From NCBI GenBank assembly GCA_020638855.1, contig JACKHT010000002.1:430154-494153 (forward strand): a stretch of 64,000 nucleotides of DNA. The letters run 5' to 3'. A program made the translations under genes and the position numbers. Under the pieces are notes generated by a model. That model did no database searches. It saw only the letters and a list, made by a program, of their open reading frames with translations, and had not been told where the DNA came from. Positions 37,194-45,475 of the stretch are shown one piece after another. Within the stretch, counting starts at the first letter, position 1. Each line of letters begins with the position of its first letter. Source of the stretch: Planctomycetota bacterium. Its GTDB lineage: Bacteria; Planctomycetota; UBA1135; GCA-002686595.

Positions 37194-37646
37194 ATGATCG
37201 AACACTTTGCTCCCCTTTTGAAAGCCGCCCAAGGCCTCGACCTGTCCGACCCCAAAGCTGCGGAAACCGAGCTGCAGGCGCGCTGGGATCCCCAAGGCCC
37301 CGGCGCGCAAGCGTTGAAGACCGATCTGCTCAGGCTCCTGGAGGAAGGCAAAATCTGCGAGAACGGCGCCATGCCCGTGCGTTGGGGAAGGGTCAGCAAG
37401 GCCACGCCCGAATCGCTCGACTTCTCGATCGACGTGGTCTTGATGGATGGAGCGGGTCCACGCCACCGTCACCCTGGTGGCGAAGTCGACTATTGCATCG
37501 CGCTGGATGGCGTCCCAACCTTCGACGGGCGTGCCCCGGGTTGGGTGGTGTTTGGACCCGACTCGGTCCACATCCCAACCGTGGCCGGCGGGACCATGTT
37601 GATCGTCTACCTCCTGCCCCAAGGGGCCATGGAGTTTCTGAAATAG
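37194..37646 (+). CDS. Small cupin-like metalloprotein of unknown function (DUF4863-like), 150 aa
   Basis: RHRHPGGEVDYCIALDG carries a cupin-type H.H...E metal-binding pattern. The ATG at 37194 was chosen. The ORF-track start 36585 lies inside the upstream membrane-protein gene on the other strand. Confidence 0.4.
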   Translation: MIEHFAPLLKAAQGLDLSDPKAAETELQARWDPQGPGAQALKTDLLRLLEEGKICENGAMPVRWGRVSKATPESLDFSIDVVLMDGAGPRHRHPGGEVDYCIALDGVPTFDGRAPGWVVFGPDSVHIPTVAGGTMLIVYLLPQGAMEFLK

Positions 37647-37674
37647 CCCGCGCAATCCCGCGCGCAATCCCTCG

Positions 37675-38709
37675 CTAGGCCCTCGGCGCTGCGGCCGGGT
37701 CGGCAAACGGCTCGGCCAAAAAATACCCTTCGCTGCCCTGGGCTTGGTACAGCGGCATGATCAGGTACCCATCGCGCGGGGCCTCGATGGGCCCCAAACG
37801 GTTTTGGGCCAAGCGCTCGCCCTTGCGCACGAAGTCAAAGCTCTGAAAGCGCCGGGTGCGGGCTTCCCCCATGGCGAATCCCAGGTCTTCGGTCGCTTCA
37901 CGGTGGAAGACGCGCACGTGCGTTGGCAAGGACTCGCTGGCTTGGGCCAGGATCTGGCGACTGTGCCGAACCCGATCGTCTTGCTCAGGAAGCAGGCCGG
38001 TAGCCGCCAACCCGCTGTAAACCGCGGACTCTAGGTGACGCACGGTTTCGGGCTGGCCGCTCTGACCGCCCTCGATCACCATCGAAGCCCCCAACTCGTT
38101 CGCGAACCAGGCGGCCAAGGTGCCGCGGATCGACTCGTTCAAACCATGCACGCACGGGACGCCGACGCGCGAGGCCAACGCCTCGCTCCGATCGGACCCC
38201 AAAACGACCGCAAAGGGCGGCCCCTTGCCGGAGGTACTGTGCAAGTCCAAAAGGAACAGGGGGCGACCACTCGCCTTCCAGCCCAGCATGATCTGCCACA
38301 GATCGCGCAGCTCGCGGTCGGTGCCGTCGTCGTGTTCGCTGCCCTGGACCGACAAGCGATCCAAGTCTTGGTGACTCCAGACCCGGTTGAGATCCCGCTC
38401 GACGGCCCTACGGCCCAGCATCAGAGCCGGACGGTTGCCCCGCAAGGCGACCAGGGTTCCCGTCATAGCTCCCGGATCCTTGCGCAACGACCGGCAAACC
38501 CGCTCCAAGGCCAACATCCCGCCGGGCTCGTTGCCGTGCAGTCCGCCCACGCAGATCAAGACCGGGCCGGTCCCATCGATTTGGTCGATGAGGCGCTCAG
38601 GCAGGTAGCCGGCTTCGGAGCCCGAAGCGCGAAGCTCGGACGCTGGGGATCCGTGGGCAGAGTCAGGCTCCACGCAGCGATTCCTCCAGGAGCTTGGCGG
38701 CGACCGCAA
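37675..38709 (-). CDS. Succinylglutamate desuccinylase/aspartoacylase (AstE/AspA) family zinc hydrolase
   Basis: VLICVGGLHGNEPGG matches the family's zinc-binding HGNE motif. 344 aa. The 5' end overlaps the upstream GCS2-CBS gene by up to 47 nt, so the start is uncertain. Confidence 0.6.
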   Translation of the reverse strand: MRSPPSSWRNRCVEPDSAHGSPASELRASGSEAGYLPERLIDQIDGTGPVLICVGGLHGNEPGGMLALERVCRSLRKDPGAMTGTLVALRGNRPALMLGRRAVERDLNRVWSHQDLDRLSVQGSEHDDGTDRELRDLWQIMLGWKASGRPLFLLDLHSTSGKGPPFAVVLGSDRSEALASRVGVPCVHGLNESIRGTLAAWFANELGASMVIEGGQSGQPETVRHLESAVYSGLAATGLLPEQDDRVRHSRQILAQASESLPTHVRVFHREATEDLGFAMGEARTRRFQSFDFVRKGERLAQNRLGPIEAPRDGYLIMPLYQAQGSEGYFLAEPFADPAAAPRA

Positions 38710-40621
38710 TGAAATCGTGCTCGGTCACGATTCCCACCAACCGGTCCCCCTCGACCACGGGCAGCGACCCGACCTTGTGGGCGCGCATCAACTCGATCGC
38801 ATCCAGGGTCGAAGCCCCGGGTTCGACGGTGATCAAAGGCGTCGGCTTCATGATCTCGCGCACCGCCACCGCCCGGCCCGCGAGCGTGCGCTGGGCCAAC
38901 ACGCGCAGCAAGGATCGCTGCGAGATCATGCCGACCAATCGGCCGTCTTTGTCTTCCACGGGCACGCGGTGCAGGTGTTCCCAGTCCATCAAGCTGGCCA
39001 CCAAGTCCACCACATCCTCCGGGCCCACGGTGAACACATCGCGGGTCATGACTTGGCGTACCGTGCGGTAGCTGTGGCGCCAGTCGGTCTTGGTTTCCAA
39101 ACCGGCCAACGGCCACTTGTGGACCGGCTCGTCGGTGTGTTGGCCCGCGTACATGGCGGCCGTCAACGCCCGGTGGCGGCTATCGGGCGTTCCGCGCCCG
39201 CCCATGTCCGCCAACGAGTCGAGCGCCCACTTCGCGCCGGTCCGCCCGCTGCGCACGCGCTCCTCCACGACCCCCAAGTAGCGATCGATGTCGCCGGGGT
39301 CGATGCGCTTCTCTTGCAGACCTTCGCGCGCCATCGGCAAGAGGCGCTCGAGGATCAGCGCCCGCGCTGGAACCTGTTCCCCTTCGACCCAACGGAATTG
39401 CGCATCGAGGCCATAGCGCGCCGCGGCCAGGAAATTGGTGCGGGCATCGTCGAAGGCCATTTTCGTGCGCACATCCCCGAGCGTTTCGCCCAGGGCCACC
39501 ATCAAACCGAAGTACAAGGCCGCACCCGCCATCTCATCGAGCACGGTCGGGCCGGCGGGGAATGCGCGGCTTTCGATGCGCAAGTGAGCCTTGCCATCCT
39601 TGACCCCGTAGCAGGGTCGGTTCCAGCGGTACACGGTCCCGTTGAAGAGACACAGGGCCTTGAGCGGCGGAATCTCCCCGCGATCGAGCATGGCCAACGA
39701 CGATTCGCCTAAATCCGAAGACAGCAACACGCGAAAGCGCGCCACGTCTTCGCGGAAGATCTCGAGCACCGACTTCTGCACCCACCCGGCACCAAAGGTC
39801 ACCCGTCGCCGGGAACCCCGCCGTTGTTGGCTTTCGTTACGCGCATCGAGCGACTGCTGGAAGAGCGCCACGCGCGTCTCATGCCACAATCGGTGCTGCA
39901 AGAAAACGGGCGAGTTGACCGAACAGGCGAGCACCGGCGCGATGACCACTTGGGCCAGGTTGTACAGGAACGGAAACTCGTCGGGCCCCGTTTGGAAGTG
40001 CAGTTGGAAGCTCGTGTTGCAAGCCTCGAGCATCACGTTGTCATGGGTCACGCGCAGTTCATCGAGCCCCTTGATGTGGGCCGTGAATTCGCTGCCACGC
40101 ATTTCCGAGAGGATCTGGTTGAGCGCCAGGTAGCGCGGCTCCTGGACCATGGCATCCAGGCCGAGCTCGTGTTGGTGCAGGGTCGGGAGGATGCCGCACA
40201 GGACCGCGCGGCTGCCTACCTCGCCGGCCGCCCGCTCGACCTCCGCCACCATGCCCGAGAGCTCACGTTCCATAGCCCCCAAACAATCCCCCGTCAGGAG
40301 TTGGGGCGAGGCGTTGGCTTCGACGTTGAAGCGGGCTAGCTCCGGGGTGAAGTTGCCCTTCAGTCGGGCCAGGACCTGGTCCGCCACGCAGTGGGCCTCA
40401 AACGAGGGATTGACCAGAAACAGCTCCTGTTCGGCCCCGATGCGCCGGACCCCCGTTTCGATACGGCCCTCGGCGATCATGCGTTCGAGGGCTCGAACAT
40501 CCTCCAGAAGCGCCTGGCTAAAGGCCCGGCGCTCTTCCTCGCTCGGCCCGGTGACATCGTGCTCTCCCATGCGGGGGGCGATCCTAGCAAACCTGGGGCT
40601 GTGCCCGGAAATCTGTATCAA
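38663..40621 (-). CDS. Carboxylate-amine ligase (glutamate-cysteine ligase family 2, YbdK-like) fused to a C-terminal CBS pair
   Basis: N-terminal GCS2-like region (IGAEQELFLVNPSF...). C-terminal two CBS motifs (VMTRDVFTVGPEDVVDLVASLM...VPVEDKDGRLVGMISQRSLL and REIMKPTPLITVEPGASTLDAIELMRAHKVGSLPVVEGDRLVGIVTEHDF). Alternative start ATG at 40570. Confidence 0.55.
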   Translation of the reverse strand: MIQISGHSPRFARIAPRMGEHDVTGPSEEERRAFSQALLEDVRALERMIAEGRIETGVRRIGAEQELFLVNPSFEAHCVADQVLARLKGNFTPELARFNVEANASPQLLTGDCLGAMERELSGMVAEVERAAGEVGSRAVLCGILPTLHQHELGLDAMVQEPRYLALNQILSEMRGSEFTAHIKGLDELRVTHDNVMLEACNTSFQLHFQTGPDEFPFLYNLAQVVIAPVLACSVNSPVFLQHRLWHETRVALFQQSLDARNESQQRRGSRRRVTFGAGWVQKSVLEIFREDVARFRVLLSSDLGESSLAMLDRGEIPPLKALCLFNGTVYRWNRPCYGVKDGKAHLRIESRAFPAGPTVLDEMAGAALYFGLMVALGETLGDVRTKMAFDDARTNFLAAARYGLDAQFRWVEGEQVPARALILERLLPMAREGLQEKRIDPGDIDRYLGVVEERVRSGRTGAKWALDSLADMGGRGTPDSRHRALTAAMYAGQHTDEPVHKWPLAGLETKTDWRHSYRTVRQVMTRDVFTVGPEDVVDLVASLMDWEHLHRVPVEDKDGRLVGMISQRSLLRVLAQRTLAGRAVAVREIMKPTPLITVEPGASTLDAIELMRAHKVGSLPVVEGDRLVGIVTEHDFIAVAAKLLEESLRGA

Positions 40622-40733
40622 TTCTGTGAAGGTCCGCTACCGGGGCGCGGCCGAACGGTTCCACCCCGTGCTACCATCGCGGGTCTAGGCCAGCCTTCGT
40701 GCTCATTTCTGCCATCGGCCTTCCGGAGTTCCT

Positions 40734-41516
40734 ATGAAAACCCTCCCTCTCATCCTTGTCTGCCTTGCCAGTGGAGCCGTTGGCGCCACCGCGACCCACT
40801 TCCTCAACCCGGCCCAGAAGCCGGCGGGAACCAGCGAGTCCGTGGCCGACCTGCGCGATGCCATTGCCTCATTGCGAAGCGATATGCAGAGCCGCGACGA
40901 AACGATCCGCACCCTGTCCGCATCGCTCGATCGCATGGAGAGCGAAGCGAGCCTGGTCGGCTTCATGCCGGAGCGCACCCAAGTGCCCCAATCCAGCGAC
41001 GAACCCCGTGGTGACGCGATTCCTGCGGCCGTGGGCTCCCAACGCATCCAAATCGGCGATACGGTCATTCCCCAGGCCCAATTCGAGAATTGGGTCCGCC
41101 AAGCTTCGGACAACATCCGCGAGCAAGAGCGCTTGCAACGGGAAGCCGAGCGCAAGATTCGCGAAGGCGAGCGCACCGAAGAACGCATTGCCCAGCTCAC
41201 CACCGAATTGGGCTTGGATGTGCGCCAACAGAGTGAATTCCGCCGCTTCTTCGAGGAGCAAAACACCAAGCGCACCGAGATGATGGATCAAATGCGCAAC
41301 GGCGGCGCCGGCGGCGATCGCCAGGCCATGCGCGAGACGTTCCAGAAGCTCCGTGACGAGGCCAACGCCGACTTGCAGACCTTCCTCTCGGGGGATCAGT
41401 ACGAGCGCTACCAAGCCTCCAACCAAGACTTTGGCGGCTTCGGCGGAGGTCCCGGTGGCGGTCGCCGTGGTGGCGGTGGCGGAGGCGGCGGCCAACGGGG
41501 CGGTGGCGGCAACTAG
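40734..41516 (+). CDS. Secreted coiled-coil protein with Gly-rich C-terminal tail, 260 aa, function unknown
   Basis: Signal peptide MKTLPLILVCLASGAVGATA. A GGAG SD lies 8 nt upstream. The ER-rich coiled coil ends in ...GGGPGGGRRGGGGGGGGQRGGGGN. Confidence 0.55.
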   Translation: MKTLPLILVCLASGAVGATATHFLNPAQKPAGTSESVADLRDAIASLRSDMQSRDETIRTLSASLDRMESEASLVGFMPERTQVPQSSDEPRGDAIPAAVGSQRIQIGDTVIPQAQFENWVRQASDNIREQERLQREAERKIREGERTEERIAQLTTELGLDVRQQSEFRRFFEEQNTKRTEMMDQMRNGGAGGDRQAMRETFQKLRDEANADLQTFLSGDQYERYQASNQDFGGFGGGPGGGRRGGGGGGGGQRGGGGN

Positions 41517-41556
41517 CTCCCAGTTTCTCCTGCGGAACGTCGAACCGACCCAAATC

Positions 41557-41961
41557 TTGTGGCAAGGGGCCCTGGGCCCCCTATCCACCCAAACCCAGGG
41601 CCTCCTGGGGGCTTGGTCCCAAGCGGCCCTGCCCCGGGAGGCCTGCGGTTTGCTGGTGGGATGCTGGCGGGGTGGGCGGCTCGAAATCCGGCACGTGACC
41701 CTGGCGCGCAACGTCGCGACCAAGCCCGAAGCAGCCTTTCGTGTGGATGCGGGGCACTTGATGGAGGTCGACCGCTGGGCCGTGGGCCAGGGGTTGCGGT
41801 TGGTCGGGGCCTGGCATAGCCACCCTACCGGAGACTCCGCTCCCTCGTCGGCGGATCACGAGGGCCTGCAGCCCGGATGGCTGGGGCTCTTGGTGGTACC
41901 AGGAGGCGAACCTTTGAGCCCCCGGGTTGTGGACTACGGCTCCCCGTACGAGCCCTGTTAG
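41557..41961 (+). CDS. JAMM/MPN (Mov34) family metalloprotease-like protein, about 134 aa
   Basis: The JAMM motif EACGLLVG...HSHPTGDSAPSSAD has the pattern E...H.H.{7}S..D. There is no in-frame ATG; the start was placed at TTG 41557 (alternative CTG 41530). The ORF-track start 41353 overlaps the upstream gene in another frame. Confidence 0.5.
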   Translation: MWQGALGPLSTQTQGLLGAWSQAALPREACGLLVGCWRGGRLEIRHVTLARNVATKPEAAFRVDAGHLMEVDRWAVGQGLRLVGAWHSHPTGDSAPSSADHEGLQPGWLGLLVVPGGEPLSPRVVDYGSPYEPC

Positions 41962-42025
41962 ACCCGCTCTTTGGGGAGGAGGTCGGGCACGCAAGTCCTT
42001 AAGCTAAGGTCCCGAATCCCCCCCT

Positions 42026-44452
42026 ATGAAGTACTCGCCTTCCGCCCCCCTGCGCCGCTGGATCCTGGCCGGTGCATCGCTGTCCACCCTAGCCGTTGTC
42101 TACGCCCTGAGCCCCGAAGGCGAAGGCGTTCCCGACCCCTTCCGCCAGCTCGGTAGCGAACTTCCGACCCCAGGAGTCTACCGCACCGCCTCGGGGGCAC
42201 CGGGGCACGCCTACTGGCAGCAACAGGTGGACTACACGATCGAGATTCGACTCGACGAGGACGCTAGGCACCTGTACGGCAACGAGGCGATTGTCTACCA
42301 CAACCAATCCCCCGACACACTCGATTACCTGTGGGTCGCGATCGACCCCAACATCTTCGCCCCCACGTCCCACGCGGTGGCGACGTCGCTGGCACCTGAC
42401 CTGGATTCGCCAAGCGTGGGATCGATGCAGCGGATGCTCGCCCGACAGACCTTCGACGGATCGTGCAAGCTCGAAGGGGTTCGTTTGCCCGATGGCACGC
42501 CCCTGCACACAGCGCAGCAGGACACCATGCTGCGGGTCGATTTGCCGGAACCGCTGGCCCCGGGGGCTCGCTTCGAATTCTCGATCCAGTGGAACTACGC
42601 GATCAACGATTCGGACAAGGTCGGTGGCCGCACGGGTTTCGAGCACTTCGAGGAGGACGACAACTGCATCTTCGAGCTAGCCCAATGGTTCCCGCGCCTG
42701 TGCGCCTACACCGACTACACCGGCTGGCAGAACAAGGAATTCCTGGGGAGCGGCGAGTTCACCCTCGAGTTTGGCAACTACGACGTACACATCACGGTGC
42801 CGGACGACCACGTCGTGGCCGCCACGGGCGTACTGCAGAATCCCGGGGAGGTGCTGCTCCCGGTGTGGCGCGAGCGACTCGCACAAGCCGAGAAGACCGG
42901 AGACTTGACGCTGATCGTCACTCCCGAAGAAGCCAAAGCCAACGAATCCCACAAGCCCGAGGGGCAGAAGACCTGGCACTTCCAGGCGCAAAACGTGCGC
43001 GACTTCGCTTGGGCCAGTTCGCGCAAATTTGCCTGGGACGCCCTGCGGCATCCCATCGAAGGCACCGAGCCGGTTTGGGCCATGTCGTACTTCCCGAACG
43101 AAGGCGAGCCACTCTGGAGCCGCTATTCGACCCGGGTCGTGGCGCATACGCTGACCGAGTACTCGAAACACACCTTCCCCTACCCCTACCCGGTGGCGAT
43201 TTCGGTCAACGGGCCGGTGGGCGGCATGGAGTACCCCATGATCTGCTTCAACGGGCCGCGCCCGGAAAAGGACGGCACCTATTCGAAGCGCACCAAGTAC
43301 GGGCTGATCACGGTCATCATCCATGAGGTAGGCCACAACTGGTTCCCCATGATCGTCAACTCCGACGAGCGGCAGTGGACTTGGATGGACGAGGGGCTCA
43401 ACACCTACTGCCAATTCCTAGCCGAGCAGAGTTGGGAAAAGGGCTACGAGTCCTCGCGCGGGGAAGCGCGCCGGATGGTGCGCTACATGACGTCGGAAAA
43501 CCAGCGACCCATCATGACCGGATCGGAGGAAATCCTGCAGTTCGGCAACAACGCCTACGGCAAGCCGGCGACCGCCTTGAACGTCTTGCGCGAAACCGTC
43601 GTCGGTCGCGAGTTGTTTGATTTTGCTTTCCAACAGTACGCGCGCCGCTGGAAGTTCAAGCGCCCCGAGCCCGCCGACCTGTTCCGCACCCTCGAGGACG
43701 CCACGGCGGTCGACCTGGATTGGTTTTGGCGCGGCTGGTTCTTCCAGACCGACGCCTGCGATCAAGCCCTGACGGGGGTCACCCGCTATCGCATGGGTAG
43801 CAAGGACCCAGCCGTTTCCAAGGCCCTGGCCAAGGCCAAGCGCGAAGCGGAACCCGAATCCATCACCATGCTGCGCAACGCGGGGCTCGAGCGAATGGTC
43901 GATCGCTATCCCGAGCTGCTCGACTTCTACAACGACTTCGACGAACTCAACGTTACGCCGGAAGACTTGGAGGCCTACGACAAATTCCTGAATGACAAGA
44001 AGCTCAAGGACGAAGACCGAGCGATCTACGCCCTCGACGACAACTTCTACGTGGTTTCGATCGAGCGCGTGCGCGATTTGGTCATGCCTGTGATCCTCGA
44101 GGCGCACTTCACCGACGGCACGACCCAGGAGTTCCGCTGGCCGGCCCAGGTTTGGAAGGGCTCGGGCCGCAGTATCCAGAAGCTGATCGTGACCGAACGC
44201 GAAATCGATTCGTTGGTGCTCGACCCGCACCAAGAAATCGCCGATGCCGACACCAAGAACAACTTCTGGCCGCCGAAGGTCGAGGAAAAGACCATCGAGC
44301 TACGCGGGGATTCGCGGCGCGGCGGTGGCGGCAAGAACCCCATGCAAGCCGCCCTCGAAGCCGAGAAGAAGGCGCGCGACGCAGAATCGGGCAAGAGTGG
44401 CGAAAGCGATGCGACCGGCGACGTCCCCCCCGCCGGCGACGAACCCCGCTGA
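42026..44452 (+). CDS. Secreted M1-like zinc metallopeptidase (gluzincin) with acidic/basic C-terminal tail, 808 aa
   Basis: Signal peptide. A GGMEYP motif resembling the M1 GxMEN exopeptidase motif. Zinc site IIHEVGHNWF followed 18 residues later by WMDEGLNTY (HExxH-x18-E). Confidence 0.65.
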   Translation: MKYSPSAPLRRWILAGASLSTLAVVYALSPEGEGVPDPFRQLGSELPTPGVYRTASGAPGHAYWQQQVDYTIEIRLDEDARHLYGNEAIVYHNQSPDTLDYLWVAIDPNIFAPTSHAVATSLAPDLDSPSVGSMQRMLARQTFDGSCKLEGVRLPDGTPLHTAQQDTMLRVDLPEPLAPGARFEFSIQWNYAINDSDKVGGRTGFEHFEEDDNCIFELAQWFPRLCAYTDYTGWQNKEFLGSGEFTLEFGNYDVHITVPDDHVVAATGVLQNPGEVLLPVWRERLAQAEKTGDLTLIVTPEEAKANESHKPEGQKTWHFQAQNVRDFAWASSRKFAWDALRHPIEGTEPVWAMSYFPNEGEPLWSRYSTRVVAHTLTEYSKHTFPYPYPVAISVNGPVGGMEYPMICFNGPRPEKDGTYSKRTKYGLITVIIHEVGHNWFPMIVNSDERQWTWMDEGLNTYCQFLAEQSWEKGYESSRGEARRMVRYMTSENQRPIMTGSEEILQFGNNAYGKPATALNVLRETVVGRELFDFAFQQYARRWKFKRPEPADLFRTLEDATAVDLDWFWRGWFFQTDACDQALTGVTRYRMGSKDPAVSKALAKAKREAEPESITMLRNAGLERMVDRYPELLDFYNDFDELNVTPEDLEAYDKFLNDKKLKDEDRAIYALDDNFYVVSIERVRDLVMPVILEAHFTDGTTQEFRWPAQVWKGSGRSIQKLIVTEREIDSLVLDPHQEIADADTKNNFWPPKVEEKTIELRGDSRRGGGGKNPMQAALEAEKKARDAESGKSGESDATGDVPPAGDEPR

Positions 44453-44490
44453 TCGCTCGAATGGCGCGGCTCCGTCGCCGCAGCCTTCGA

Positions 44491-45357
44491 TCAATCGGTG
44501 AACAGGTCGCCCACGAACCAAAGTAGGTCCCAAACCGCTTCGAGCGCCCAGGCAGTTGGGCTGTGCGAAGCGTCGAACCGCGGATTGGGATTGGCGGGAG
44601 GGCTGTATTGGGCCATGGGCGCTGGGCTGATTGCTTGGTTGGGCCGGTGGGTTCGCAAGAACTCCAAAACCTGCCCGAGCTCCTGGTAATCGAGCCAAAC
44701 CCCGTGCCTGCGGCAGTGATCGAGGACGATGCGGCTGTTGCCGCCAGCATGCCGGAACACCCGCCGCTGCATGAAGTCGCTGCATCGCAAACAGGGGATG
44801 TACGCCACCTTGGCCTCGACGGCTTGGCTACTCGAGGCCCGCATGTCCTCGGGTAAGAACGACAAGCCCGGGGCTCGCAAGGCCGAATGGCACACACGAT
44901 CGAAATCCTGGGGTTCGAACCACAGCCCCCCGCAATCGGCGCATTCGATCACATCCCAGGGTACCGTGTCCGAAGCCCCCAACACGCGGACCCGAAGCTG
45001 GCCTCGACAGCGAGGGCAGCGGGTCCCCTCGGGGAGCGCCAGCAAAGCCTGAGGGCGCAATTCGATGGCACAACCCCTGCAGTAGCGCGAGTCATCGGGC
45101 AGGCGTACCCCGCAGGCTGGACACAAAAGAGTGGCCTTGCGGTCCAGCTCGGAAAGGGCCACGCCGCAGTGCGTACACGCCAGGCTACCCGGCCCACATG
45201 GCGCTCCGCAGTGGGCACACACCAAGCCCTGGACAGGCAAGTCGCGAGCCAGCCCCACGTCGAGCAACGCGTCGCAAACGCAGCGTACCTGGCTACCCGG
45301 GTCCAAACCCGCCACGTTGTGTTGGCGGCGGCATTCGGGACACGCGATGAGCTTCAT
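44491..45357 (-). CDS. Multi-zinc-ribbon protein with two C-terminal zf-TFIIB-type domains, 288 aa
   Basis: Seven CxxC pairs. Two copies of the pattern CP.C...[15-20]...C..C.G.W.D..E (CPRCRGQL...CADCGGLWFEPQDF and CLRCSDFM...DHCRRHGVWLDYQEL). ATG at 45357. The 62-codon upstream extension was rejected. Confidence 0.5.
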   Translation of the reverse strand: MKLIACPECRRQHNVAGLDPGSQVRCVCDALLDVGLARDLPVQGLVCAHCGAPCGPGSLACTHCGVALSELDRKATLLCPACGVRLPDDSRYCRGCAIELRPQALLALPEGTRCPRCRGQLRVRVLGASDTVPWDVIECADCGGLWFEPQDFDRVCHSALRAPGLSFLPEDMRASSSQAVEAKVAYIPCLRCSDFMQRRVFRHAGGNSRIVLDHCRRHGVWLDYQELGQVLEFLRTHRPNQAISPAPMAQYSPPANPNPRFDASHSPTAWALEAVWDLLWFVGDLFTD

Positions 45358-45475
45358 TCCGTGCGAGCCTACGCCCGGGGTCCCGCCTGATTCGAGCCCC
45401 CTGCCGAGAAAAGACGCCCAAGGCGGCTCCGTTCCCGCAAGATCGAGACCCGCTAGGGCTTCAGGTGGCCCACCC

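Noticed and set aside
40734-41516. Glycine-rich tail interpreted as a separate low-complexity or repeat element
   Set aside because: It lies in-frame at the C-terminus of a well-supported secreted protein (SD, signal peptide), so it is treated as part of that CDS.
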